A DNA stretch of 64,000 nt. Source: the human T2T-CHM13v2.0 reference genome, Homo sapiens. The notes under the pieces are model-generated. The model ran no database searches. It had not been told where the DNA came from and saw only the letters and a list, made by a program, of their open reading frames with translations. The stretch is from NCBI RefSeq assembly GCF_009914755.1, contig NC_060939.1. One strand, 5' to 3'. Shown in pieces: positions 27,242-41,190 of this stretch. Position 1 is the stretch's first letter, and each line of letters starts with the position of its first letter. Made by a program: the position numbers and the translations under genes.

Positions 27242-30200
27242 TGGGGGAGACATTTTAATTCGTTGATTCATTGACTCAAAACATGACTTTTCCTTCATTT
27301 ATTACTGAAAGTATTAACTCTATGCATTTGTTCGTCCATTAACTAAATTATTAATTCATGCATTAATTTAGTATATATTATTAAGTCCCTCTTGTATGTC
27401 AGGTACAATGCTAATTGCCAGAGACACACTGGTAGGTAAAACAAGATCAAATCCCAAATTTTATGGAGCTTGTAGTCTAGTTCGAGATGGACATTAATCC
27501 ATTAGTCACATGGTTTGTTCTGTAATTACAGACTGAAGTCAGGTAAGGCTTCTTTGAGGAAAATTGAGCTGAAATTTGAAGAATGAAAACTCAGTGGACT
27601 AAGTTAACAATGTGAGGATGAATTGTAGCTTTGAGTCAATGATGAATATAATTTCAACGTTATTAAAATTTTGGCATTTTATATTATTATGGACAAAAAG
27701 AAAAACCAATATACTGACTTAACCAAGTGTTGGAGGTCATTTTCTAGGTTAGAAGCAGAGCCCAAATTAATAGTGACCTGGAAATTAAGTCTCAAATGAT
27801 AGGGGGATGGACATAATTCTTCCTAGAGCCTTGTTGGCTGCTCTGGGTCAATAATATTTGGAAGCTTGTGGTCCAAGTAAGTCAAGCGTAAGAGGTGCAA
27901 CACCAAATATAAATCTGTGGGTGTTGGTGCTTTTTTTCTGATGTAAATTTTTTCCAGTGTGTTTGTGTCCTTTCCAAGAAGGTGGGCAGCTGTGCCAGGA
28001 AATTCGATGTATATGGTATGGAGATGTGGTGACTGGAATGAACAGAAAACTGTATATAGAAGCCTTAACCCTTTGATGCAGCATCTTTAATAAATGCAGA
28101 GGAGATACTGCAGAGGTGACATCCTCTTTATGGAGTTACTTTCATCTTGATTCACTACTTGCTCCTCATTCATCCCCTAACCCCAGGTGTGAAAAAATTT
28201 CCCACAGTGTTCAAGTGAGGAGTAAAAAGTTTTCCACCCAACGAGAATCCACCAACAATAGTTTGGGGGCAAATACCAGCCTAGAATAGATTGCTGTTTG
28301 ACAAGGAGTAAAAATCATCAATAGTAGCGTGAGAAATGTGAAAAGATTCTGCATCATAACAACAACCTATGCCCTAAAGAGGTAAAGAGAGAATTTACAG
28401 AATGCAATTTATTATGAGAAACAATACATTTTAAATACCATTTGCTTTGGCTACTGATGCAATTGAAGAAAATATTAAGTGTTATGAAAACAACAAAATG
28501 AAAAGAGAATGAAGAGCAAAATTGGCTTTGTGGAAAATCAAATCAGTGGTATAGAAGACAAAAGTGCTAAAAAGAGAAGATGCTCTGTTTGGTTTATATT
28601 CCTTCTTCTGTTATTTTTAGTTTATTCCTTTATCGTTTTCACATTTTTTGGTATAGCCTTAGCATTTTCTTTACTTTTGATACTTTGCTGTAATAGACCA
28701 AAATTGCTTAAATTTATTCTCTATGGTGATTTTGAAAGTTTGAATTCTATTTAAAAAAATCCCATACTGGATATTACTAAAATTTATAAAATATATGATT
28801 AAATCTAATAAATGATTAATTTAATGTGTAGTTCTATTTTACATCCATATGTGAAGTGAATGTTCATGTATGCTTATGCATACACACACACACACATACA
28901 TACACGCACAAATTTTCTTTCCCAAGAAAGTCTTTGGCTTTACTTTCAACTTTGTGACCTTATTTCCAAATTACTTATATCTTTCTAATGTCTATTATAA
29001 CTTTCTGTAATTATGGAAATTTCCTATATTTGCAATATCTAATATAGTAGCCAGTAGTCACATGTGCATAACAAGTGCTTGAAATGTGGCTAGTGTAAAT
29101 TTAAGGTCATGTTAAGAAAACAGATAACAATATAACTTAGATGACACAGCTCTGTAGAAGTTACTATATTTCTTTGATAACTCTATTTACAACCCACTGA
29201 AGTTTACACAAACATTTCTTCTCTTTTCCTCTGCCAAAATTATAGAGACCGTTTGCTCATATGCTCGCCTTTAGGTTTGTTCAACTCTCTCATCCATCAA
29301 GATTCAGCTCAATTGACACCTTCCCTGAGAATTATGCCCTGACTTCACAGGCTGAGGAGTCATTGTCCTTCCTTGTTCTTTCAGTGTGTATTGCCTGCTT
29401 GCAATCATGAGTTTTCGTTTATCTTCCAGTGAGATTAACCTTTTTGAGGGCAGCTACTAAATGGGGCTTGGTGAATGCTGTTGAGTCAGTAAGTGACTTC
29501 TAACTTTGCTTGACCTGCAAAACCCTGGCTACCTTTCTGAAGACTTGATGGTCTGAATGGTTAGGGTTCTGAACCATGCAGCAGTCATCTACATGAGGCC
29601 ATTATTAACCTAACCAGGGACACTCACCTACCATTTTTAGTCAAGGAATTGGGATTTTGCTCTCAGCTTTTCAATTTTTTTGTGCTACTGATCTCAGGTG
29701 TGCAGAATTCTCTGTCCCAGTTTTCTCTTTTCACCTAGGGCAGCACAACCCCTGCAGGTGGTCCAGAGCATGCAGACCACCAACCAATCCCAGAAGGAGA
29801 GGTATGAGATAGAAACAATGCACTGGCTTCTTTCATTACTTACTTTGGTAGCTGTCAAATAATATTTCTTGTGGGAGTTTATTTAAAGCCTGTGCCCCTA
29901 AAATGTGGTCTGGGTAATATTCTTGATGAGTCGTTGGCACAACCCTGTGTTTTTCTATGTGAAATGGCTAACCATGGATGGAAGTAAATCACTAAGAAAA
30001 GTCGAAAAAGAATTTTTTTGAAAACTTGATATCATTAAACTTGAAAAACTGTGCTTTTTTTTTTTCTTGGAAAGAGAAGCCTACTGTAGATTGTCAAATA
30101 TAAATGCTTTGATTATGGTTTGGGGTATGTTGAAATTAAGAGCTTTGTATGGTTATCTTGTGGTTGTAAATGGAGAGCAAGAAAATATATAAAGTGATCT

Positions 30201-30430
30201 ATAGGAACCTGCTTGGAAGGGATGAAAAACATTACATCCATGTAGAGTACTATTTTGCTCTAATGTGATAAACGAAAGTGAAGCAGTTTGCGTTGTTATA
30301 ACTTTATCTGAAGGTTGAAGATTTTAATAACATGTGGTTGTCATAATGATTTAGAAAGGATTTTTATCTTCATAAGTCATCATGAGAGTAAAGAGGTTTG
30401 GTTGTGTGGACACACATCCTCTAGAAAGAA

Positions 30431-30630
30431 CAGGTTTCTCCACCTCACCACTGTTGACATTTTAGGTCAGATAATTCTTTGTGGTGGGGACTGTCCTGGG
30501 CACTGTATGTCAGGCCTCCACCCATTAATGCCAGTAGCACCTCCCTCTCCTCAGTTGCAACAACCATAAATGTCTCCAGGCATCTCAAAATGTTCCCTGG
30601 GGGGCAAAACTGTGTGACAGAAAAGCACCA
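30431..30630 (+). mobile_element. MER20 (hAT) DNA transposon
   Basis: cactgttgacattttaggtcagataattctttgtggtgggg...aaatgtctccagg matches the recalled MER20 consensus. Confidence 0.85.
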
Positions 30631-32153
30631 TTCTAGAATGTTTGTTGAAATATGTGAGGCTGGAAGTTAATAATCTGTAGCATCTGACTGCAGGCCTTGT
30701 TCGATCTGCCTTGGGATGTCCTGAGGCAGTTTCCATAAATATTGCTCGCAGGAATGCCAGCCACCAAGACAGGCTTCTTGGCAAGCGTTCACCGGAGAGA
30801 GCTGAATTTGGGCCTTAGGTTTTGAAGGCACAGTGAGATGACTTCTTTACACCCAGGTTGGATTGATTTATTTGTCAGAATAATTAACATTTTAAAAATG
30901 TTAGATGTTGTTTTAAAAATCCAGCAGTTTGGAAGAGGTACAAAGAAAACTACAAAGCACCCTACATCCTACTTTCTAGAAATAACTAGTGTTCATATGT
31001 GGTAAATAGCATTCTAAGCATTTTCATACACATACACAAACAGGGTTTTGGATAAGGTAAATACATAGACATAGGGCTATAGAAATGCCATTACATGATG
31101 CATGCCATTTTAAATTAAAAATATTTAATTTTATGTGAATTTAATAGATGATAAGGAAATGAAATAAAACTGAAGGATTTGCTAAATTGAGATGAATGTT
31201 TGATCACAGCAGAATAAATTATTTCCTTAAAGATACCTCTAAGTGTATCACAAAAGGTGAGGAGATTGGCGTTACTATGTTTTAAAATTTCATATTTAAA
31301 TTTTAGTCAATGGTACTTAATTTCCCTACAACTTTCTTCCATTCACCTTCCAGATTTATATTGGTTATGTTATTATATATGCTAATTTAATATCGTATAT
31401 GTTCCACACCCTAATTTTCCTGTTATTTATTCAAAGTTTAATGTTTAAATGGATTAAATGCTCACCACCATTCCTTTTATATGACTTTTATAATCCTGTT
31501 GTAAAAATTTTGAATCATTTCCTAGCTGGTTGGATTTCATCATCAACTTTTGAAAGAAAGGCTGTATTTACTGAGTTTTTCCATTTTTTTTTAACATTTG
31601 AACACCTTGGTGTTGCCTGTACTCTTTTAAAAAATTATTGTGGTAAAATATATATTGTTTAACATTTACCATTGTAACCATTTTTAAGTGTACAGTTTAG
31701 TGGCATCATGTACATTCACATTGTTGTGCAACCATCACCACCATCCATCTTTAGAACTTTATTTCCTCTTGCAAAACTGAACCTACTGTACCCATTAAAT
31801 AATAACCCCCTATTCTCTCCTCCCCCAGTCCCTGACAACCACCATTCTACTTTCTGTCTCTGTGAATTTGACTACCCTAGGCACTTCATAAGTGGAATCA
31901 TACAATATTTATCCTTTTGTGTCTGGCTTATTTCACTTAGCATAATGTCTTTAAAGTTCATCCATGTTGTAGCCTGTGCCCGAATTTCATTCTTTTCTGA
32001 AGCTAAATAATATTCCACTGCATGTGTACACTATATTTTGCTTCTCTACTTATTTGTCAGTGGACATTTGGGTTGTCTTCTCCTTTAGGGTTTTATGAAT
32101 ACTGCTGTTATAACAGAGTGGTACAAACATTTGTTTGAGTCCCTGCTTTCAAT

Positions 32154-32453
32154 TTTTTTTTTTTTTGAGACATTCTTACTCTGTCGCCCAGGCTGGAGTG
32201 CAGTGGCATGATCTCAGCTCACTACAACTTCCACCTTCCGCCTTCCAGGTTCAAGTGATTCTCGTGCCTCAGCCTCCTGAGTAGCTGGGACTACAGGCGC
32301 CTGCCACCACATCTGGCTAATTTTTGTATTTCTAGTGGAGACAGGGTTTTGCCATGTTGGCCAGGCTGCTCTCGAACTCCTGACCTGAGGTGATTCACCT
32401 GCCTTGGCCTCCCAAAGTGCTGGGATTACAGGCATGAGCCACTGCATCTGGCC
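32154..32453 (-). mobile_element. AluSx-like
   Basis: Full dimer; TSD CCCTGCTTTCAAT (32141-32153, 32454-32466). Confidence 0.93.
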
Positions 32454-32619
32454 CCCTGCTTTCAATACTTTTGGGTATATACACAGCAGTGGAATTGCTG
32501 GATCATATGATAATACATCAGACTTTTTGAGGAACTACCGTAATGTTTTCCACAGTGGCTGTACCATTTTACATTCCCACCAGCAATGAACACATGTTCT
32601 AATTTCTTCACATCCTCAC

Positions 32620-34924
32620 TGTATTAGTCTGTTTTCACACTGCTGAAAAAGACATACCCAAAACTGGGTAATTTATAAAGGAAAGAGGTGTAATTGGCTC
32701 ACAGTTCCACATGTCTGGGGAGGCCTCATACTCATGGCAGAAGACAAAGGAAGAGCAAAGGGACATCTTAATATGGTGGCTGGCAAAGAGATTATTTGTG
32801 CAGGGGTACTCCCTTTTATAAAACCATCAGATGTTGTGAGACTTATTCGCTATAATGAGAACAGCAAAAGAAAGACTCGCCCTCATGATTAAATTACCTC
32901 CACTGGGTCCCTCCAATGACAGATGGGAATTATGGGAGCTGCAATTTGAGATTTGGGTGGGGACACAGCCAAACCATATCATTTCACCCCTGCCCCCCCC
33001 CAAATCTCATGTCCTAACATTTCAAAATCAATCGTGCCTTCCCAACAGTCCCCCAAGTCTTAACTCATTTCAGCATTAACTCAAAAGTCTACAGTCTAAA
33101 GTCTTATCTGAGACAAGGCAAGTCACTTCTGCCTATGAGCCTGTAAAATCAAAAGCAAGTTAGTTACTCTCAAGATACAATGGGGGAACAGGAATTGGGT
33201 AAATACACCATTCCAAATAGGAGGAATTGGCCCAAACAAAGGGGCTACAGGGCCCATACAAGTCTGAAATCCAGTGGGGCAGTCAAATCTTAAAGCTCCA
33301 AAATGATCTCCTTTGACTCCATCTCTCACATCCAGGTCACGCTGATGCAAGAGGTGGGCTCCCATGGCCTCGGGCAGCTCTGTCCCTGTGGCTTTGCAGG
33401 GTATAGCCCCTCTCCTGGCTGCTTTCACAGGCTGGTATTGAGTGTTTGCAGCTTTTCCAGGCACACGGTGCAGGCGGTCAGTGGATCTACCATTCTGGGG
33501 TCTGGAAGAAGGTGGCCCTCTTCTCACAGCTCTACTAGGCAGTGCCCCAGTGGTGACTCTGTGTGGGGCCCGCACCCCAAATTTCCCTTCTTCACTGCCC
33601 TAGCAGAGGTTCTCCATGAGGGCTTGCCCCTGCTGCAAACTTTTGCATGGACATCCAGGTATTTCCATACATCCTCTGAAATCTAGGTGGAGGTTCCCAA
33701 AGCTCAATTCTTGACTTCTCTGCACCCACAGGCTCAACACCACATGGTAGTTGCCAAGGCTTGGGGCTTTCACTCTCTGAAGCCATGGCCTGAGTTGTAC
33801 CTTGGCCCCTTTTAGCTGAGTGGCTGAGTGGCTGAGTGGCTGAGTGGCTGAGATGCAGGGCACCAAGTCCCTAGACTGCACACAGCAGGGGGGCCCTGGG
33901 CCCTGGCCCATGAAACCATTTGTTCCTCCTATGCCTCTGGGCCTGTGATGGGAGGTGCTGCTGCAAAGGTCTCTGACATGCCCTGAAGACATTTTCTCCA
34001 TTGTCTTGGTGATTAACATTTGGCTCCTTGTTACTTATGCAAATTTCTGCAGCTGGCTTGAATTTTTCCTCAGAAAATGGGTTTTTCTTTTCTATCACAT
34101 CTCAGGTTGCAAATTTTCTGAACTTTTATGCTCTGTTTTCATTTCATTATGAATGCTTTTAACAGCACCCAAGTAACCTCTTGAATGCTTTGCTGCTTAG
34201 AAATTTCTTCCACCAGATACCCTGAATCATCTCCCTCAAGTTCAAAGTTCCACATATCTCTAGGGCAGGTACAAAATGATGCCAGTCTCTTTGCTAAAGC
34301 ATAGCAAAAGTCACTTTGCTCTAGTTCCCAACAAGTTCCTCATCTCTATCTGAGACCACATCAGCCTAGATTTCATTGTCCATATCATTATCGGCATTTT
34401 GGTCAAAGCCATTCAACAAGTCTCTAGGAAGTTCCAAACTTTCCTGTCTTCTTCTGAGCCCTCCAAACTGTTCCATCCTCTGCCCATTACCCAGTTCCAA
34501 AGTTGCATCCACATTTTCAGGTATCTTTACAGCAGCACCCCACTCTACCAGTACCAATTTACTGTATTAGTCCGTTTTCATGCTGCTGATAAAGACATAC
34601 CTGAGACTGGGTAATTTATAAGTAAAAAAGGTTTAATTGACTCACAGTTCTACATGGCTGAGGAGGCCTTACAATCCTGGTGGAAGAGGAAGGAAGAGCA
34701 AAGGGACATCTTACATGGTGGCAGGCAAAGAGAGAATGTGTGCGGGGAAAATCCCCTTTATAAAACTGTCGGATGTTGTGAGACTTATTCACTGTCATGA
34801 GAACAGCCCAAGAAAGACCTGCCCTCATGATTAAATTACCTTCCACCAGTTCCCTCCCACAACACATGGGAATTATGGGAGCTACAATTCAAGATTTGGA
34901 TGGGGACACAGCCAAACCATATCA
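32620..34924 (-). mobile_element. Complete THE1 (C/D-like) MaLR provirus: LTR 32620-32981, internal region 32982-34562, LTR 34563-34924
   Basis: Two homologous TGTATTAGTC...AAACCATATCA LTRs, ~1.6-kb THE1-int, perfect 5-bp TSD CTCAC. Confidence 0.95.
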
Positions 34925-35623
34925 CTCACTAACAGTTAACTTTTTTCCTGTTTGTTTGTTTTATAATAGTCATCCTAATGGGTATGAAGTGGTATCTCCT
35001 TTACATTTCCCTAATGGGTATAAAGTGGTATTTCATTTGCATTTCCCTAATGATTAGTGATATTGAACACCTTTTCATCTGCTTATTGACCATTTATATA
35101 TCTTCTTTGGATAAATATCTATTCATGTCTTTTGCCCAATTTTTAACTGGGCTATTTCTTTTTTTTGTTGCTGAATTGTAAGAATTCATTATATATTCTG
35201 GATATTAACCCCTTGTCAGATATATTATTTTCAAATATTTTTCCCATTCTGTGGATTACCTTTTCACTCTGTTAATAGTGTCCTCTTATGCACAAAGGTT
35301 TTAATATTGATGAGGTGCTTTTATTCTTGAATAGGGCTTAGGCAGTTGTAATATTCTTGGGTGATTTTTTTCTTGTGGGATTTTGTAGGCACTGCTTCCT
35401 TGTGTTCTGGCATTAGATGTTGCTGTGGAGAAGGCAGACCTTTCCCCTTGCAGGTCACTTGCTTTCACTGCTCGAACATCTCAGAAATTCTTCTGATCCA
35501 CATCTTTCCTTTTTTTGTTTTAATTAGAAAAATAGAGAAATAGAAAAGTTAAGAGACTAGTATAATAAACTCATGTGTACCCATACCCAGAAGTAACTCA
35601 TGTTAATACTTTATCATTTTTGA

Positions 35624-35924
<301 letters not shown>

Positions 35925-36269
35925 AGCAGTATTTTTTTAAATCAATGTTTTGACATGCACATAGTTTAATAAGTTTCTTGGGTTGGGTTCTAAGAAGAAG
36001 ACCTGAGATGAAGATTCGTATCCAAGTGATTTATTCCAGTGGAACCCAAAAAGGAAGTGAGAGAAGTGGAAGACAGGAAGGAGCACAGCAAAGATGGGAT
36101 TTAGGGTGAATCTCAGCCATTGCCTATCCTGTGGCAGCTCTGGAGGGTAAATTACTCAGAAGAGTTTGTCCTGCCTTAGGGCAGCTTGGCCTACATCTAA
36201 ATTTTGAAATATATTAACATAAAGAAACATAATATATTTCATAATATGAAATATATTAACATAAAGATG

Positions 36270-37940
36270 TTTTTCATCCTCTTACCATTTTAGGGCCTAC
36301 AGAATCTGCAGTGATATTCCACATTTCATTCCTAAAATTGATTTTTAGTGACTTTTCTCTCTTATTCTTTCATAGTCTTGCCAAGGAATTTAATTTTATT
36401 AGTCTTTTTTAATTTGTTGATCCTCTTGCTTATATTTTTGTTTTCCATTTCATAATTGCTGTTGTCATCCTTATTATTCTACTTTCTTTGGGTTGTATGT
36501 GTTGTCATTTTTCTGTCTTGAAATAGTTTAAGATCATTGATTTTTTCATCTTTCTTCTTTTCAAATATGTGCATTTAAAACTACAGATCCCCTTCCAAGC
36601 ATAGCTTTAGCTGCTTTACTCACGTTTTGGTATGTAATATATTCATCTTCATTCATTAAGAGTATTTTCTAATTTTCATTGTGATTAATTTTTAACCTAT
36701 GGAATGTGTTTGGACATTTTCTAGTTTTAAACTTGCTTTTTTGCTTTGTTGTCAGAGAAAAAACTTGTATTATTTCAATCTTTGAATTTTTGAGACTTTT
36801 CTATATGGCTCAGATCATGATAAATGTTTATAAACATTTCATAAATACAAAAAATATATATTCTGAGATGGTTAGTTGTAGCTTTCTATACAGTTACATA
36901 GTTTCAATTTGTAATTTAATTGTTTCCATATTCTGTATCGTTACTTATTTTTTTCACCTGCTTGATAAGTTAATGATAGTTGTGTTAAAACCTCCCACCA
37001 TCATTATGGATTTTTCTATTTCTTCTTACAGTTCTGTCAGTTTTTGCTTTATATATTTTGTGGTTATGTTGTTAGGTACTTTCACTTTTAGAATTTGTTC
37101 CATCCTAGTGAAATCAAACTTCCAACAGTATGTAGCATCTCTCTGTCTTAAAGTCTACTTTGTCTAATTAGTGTGACTAAGCCAGATTTATTTTGGTTAG
37201 TAGGCTTATGGGAAGTATTTTTTTCAATCTTTTATTTTTAATCTTTCTGGCCATTATATTTAAGGAATGTCTCTTTTAAACAGAATATAACTGAATTTTT
37301 AAATTTTATCCTGACAATCTGTCTTTTAATTGGTGATTTATTCTATTTGGGTTTAATGTAATTGATATATGTGCATTTAAATCTTCCATTTTACTCTGAG
37401 CTTTTAAAATTTATCCATCTGCCTACATTCCTTTTTCTCTCCATTTTTGCCTTCTTTTGGATTGATTAAATGTGTTTTCTTATTATATCTTTTCCCATAT
37501 ACATTAATTTGGAAGTCATACACTCTTTTCTGTTTTTTTTAGTGGTAACTCTAGAGCTTAAAACATCTATCCTTGACTTATCAAAGTCGAATATTAATTG
37601 GTTCTTTTATCTTCTTCATGGATGATACAAGGACCTTAGGATACTTTAAGGCCATTTATCTCTCTTCTGACTCATAGGCTGTCATTGTCAGGTATGTTAA
37701 TTCCATATAAATATTTAAAACTCCACAATCCATTATAATTGCTGTTTTACACAGTTGCTTTTCTTTTAATTTACCTACGTTTACCATTCTTATTTTTGCT
37801 CTTCATTTCTTTCATCATCTCCAAGCTTCCTTTAATCTTAAAAACACCATTTAATATTTTCTTTAAGACTGGTCTGCTGAAGATGAATTCTCTTTTGTCT
37901 GACAATCTCTTTCTTTTACTTTAATTTCCTGGAGGACATT
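36270..37940 (-). mobile_element. Ancient L1 ORF2/ORF1 fragment
   Basis: T-rich sequence colinear with, but more decayed than, the L1 region at 3600-5450. Confidence 0.65.
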
Positions 37941-38427
37941 TTTGCTTTTGTAGTTGTCCTCAATGGCATGGTTGATCTGTATTATCTAGCCCACCATTCC
38001 TCTCCATCAGACTTTTAAATTTGGCAACCTGCAGTTCTCTCTTTTTAATCTTACCTGATGTTGTGTTATATATGCTTCATGATGACTAACCCAAGAGCAT
38101 AGATAATATCCTATTAAATCTTCCCTCATGTAAAGTATCTTTATGTTTAAGAATTTATTTTTAACAAAAATAAAGTCAGTATGAAACAAAGCTGTCATTG
38201 TATTTGAATGTTGTCTCTTGCTACAATCTGAGAGGACCTGGTTATGATTCTTAGAAAAGAACAAGCTACTTGTCTAGTAGGTATAAACACTGATTGCATT
38301 AATAGGGAAAAATAACCTAGATATTGTCAGGCATGATATTGGTTTGTATGGGGATTGTCACTGGAGATGTGGCACATGTGATTCCTCAGATGGTCTCCTG
38401 CAGGGCCCGTGGTTTCTTTTGTGTTAG

Positions 38428-38615
<188 letters not shown>

Positions 38616-38770
38616 AGAATATGATTCCTAAATACACTAATATCTTATGTCTGAAATACTGCAAAGTTCACATGTGGAAAGGGAGTAGAGTTTAGACACT
38701 GGGCCTCATGGAATGACATATATTCTGCTTCTGTGGACACACTCTGATCTTAGCGTGCAGTAAAGACAAC

Positions 38771-39151
38771 TATCTTAGTCAATTTGTGCTGCTATAATGA
38801 AATACCTGAGACTGGGTAATTTGTAAAGAACAAAAATGTATTCTCTCATGTTCTGGAGGCTGGGAAGTCTGAGTTCAAGGCACCGGCAGGTTTGGTGTCT
38901 GGTGAGGGCTCTTCTCTCTGCTTCCAAGATGGTGCCTTGTTGCCATGTCCTCTAGAGGGCACGAACGCTATGTCCTCACGCGGTGGGAGGGCAGAAGAGA
39001 GGGAACTAACTCTCTCAAGCTCCTTATAAGGGCCCTAAAGGCTCCACCCTCATAACTTAATTACCTCCTAAAGGCCACACTTCTTAATACTATCACATTG
39101 GTGATCAACTTGCAACATATAAATTTCCAGGGACACATTCAGACCATAGCA
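38771..39151 (-). mobile_element. MaLR solo LTR (MSTB/MSTC-like)
   Basis: tcttagtc...gctgctataa...tacctgagactgggtaattt start; cattcagaccatagca end. Confidence 0.85.
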
Positions 39152-39291
39152 AAAACCAAATGCCCTTTGTTTTATTTTTCAGCTACATGTTGTATGTATG
39201 CTTCTTACTTCTGGAAAATAATGCCGTTCTATAGCAATACTGTGAAGAATCTTATATCAGTTATAAATATACATGTCTTTTGATTTACTTC

Positions 39292-39589
39292 TTTTTTTTT
39301 TTTGAGATAGAGTCTCACTCTGTCACCCAGGCTGGAGTGCAGTGATGCAGTCTCGGCTCACTGCAGCCTCTGTCTCCCAGGTTCAAGCAATTCTCGTGCC
39401 TCAGCCTCCTGAGTAACTGGGACTACAAGTGCACACCATTACACTTGACTAATTTTTGTATTTTTTTAGTAGAGACGGGGTTTCACCGTGTTGGCCAGGC
39501 TGGTCTCGAACTCTTGAACCTCAAGTGATTCCCCCCACCTCAGCCCCCTGAAGTGTTGGTATTACAGGCATGAGCCACCACACCTGGAC
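39292..39589 (-). mobile_element. AluS/J
   Basis: Full dimer; TSD TTGATTTACTT. Confidence 0.9.
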
Positions 39590-39888
39590 TTGATTTACTT
39601 TCAAGCTGACAGTCATTTGTCACCAACAAGCTCCCAGTTTGATCTACAGAGGCCAGGAAAATAATACGAATCCTCACAGTGGCTGGATGGGGACTGGGCA
39701 TATTAGAGGTCACATGCCCTTTAAAAATCGGATGGCCACACTCAGTTTTAATTATTGCCATGCTGTGATGTGAATTTTATTTTATTTTCCTGAGAAGTCA
39801 GAAATCTAGATTTTTTTTTTTTTTGAGACAGGGTCTCACTCTAGGCCTCAGAAATCTATATTTTTATGTGAAATCTTCGTATATTTAA

Positions 39889-40219
<331 letters not shown>

Positions 40220-40737
40220 TTAGGGGCTCGTTTGGCAGAATATACAATCATTGTTAAATAACTCAGACCTGCAGGCCAGATTCCTCCCAGAGACCAACAG
40301 CTTGCCCCCTTTATCTTAACCATTATCAGGTAAACTGCTCTCATTCTGTACACACAGGTGCTGAGAATCCTACCTCAAGGGTGGGCTTGAGGATGCTTGG
40401 GAAGCCTGAATGATATTGGCATTTGCCACAAATCATTTAATACAGAAGCCTGGGAGTCATCCTAACATCTCCTTTCTTCCTGCATCTGGTCAGCTGCCAG
40501 CTCCTATTGATTCCAGCACCTTTGAACTTTGCATCTATGCTCTCCTCCTCCAGACACTGGTAAATCTAGTCTAGGCTCTTGTCTCTTGCATGTCAGTGGC
40601 CTTCTAGCTATGCTCTCTGATGTGAGGCTTTGCTCCCTCAGTCCTTACCCACACTCCTGCCAGAGTAAGTTTTCCAAAATACAGTCTGCCTAAGTCACTC
40701 CTCTGCTTAAAAATAGTCCAGTGAGTCAATAAATTAC

Positions 40738-41190
40738 TGTGCTGGAAAGCTTCTCTTTGCCCTCCAGATCCACTCTCCACCCTTCCCTGCCCCGCGCTCC
40801 ACCCAATGGGAAGCTGACCTGCATGGACAGCATCAATGGTCTCCCTTGCCCTCTGGCTTCTGGTTGGGTTTGGCAAATAACGAGCACTGCAGGGCGACTG
40901 GAGAGAGGGAGGACAGAAGTGTGTTTGTTTACTTCCCCAGCTCTCTCTTTGTGGGTTGCTGTGGGCTCTGATTCTCAACCGAAGGCCTTAGTTCCTCTCA
41001 GGCAGCCCTGTATACACAGCCCCTGCCTGCCCTTGCCCCATCTAGCGTGCAGGGCCAAGGCAGATAATGAGAATCGTCAAATCCACAGAATCTGGCTGGC
41101 ACCAGCCCCAGGGTGCTGCACCAGGCTTCATGGTTTCCCTGTACCCTGTCCACTACCTTGGTAAATAGCGTGTTTTAAAAATGCTTCCCA
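40738..41190. mobile_element. LTR33-like ERVL LTR next to L2 sequence
   Basis: ctccagatccactctccaccctt...ctgccctctggcttctggttgggtttggc motifs. Confidence 0.7.

Larger units (their letters stand above)
31625..35310 (-). mobile_element. L1MB-type 3' fragment interrupted by an Alu and a THE1 provirus
   Basis: 3' UTR catttttaagtgtacagtttagtggcat...; L1 sequence resumes colinearly after each insertion. Confidence 0.85.

Noticed and set aside
33123-34152. Overlapping 65-150 aa ORFs
   Set aside because: THE1 internal sequence; typical fragmentary MaLR frames.
36706-37167. Hydrophobic 153-aa ORF resembling a membrane protein
   Set aside because: Antisense reading of A-rich L1 yields F/L/I-rich peptides; same artefact at 3741, 5314 and 28509.
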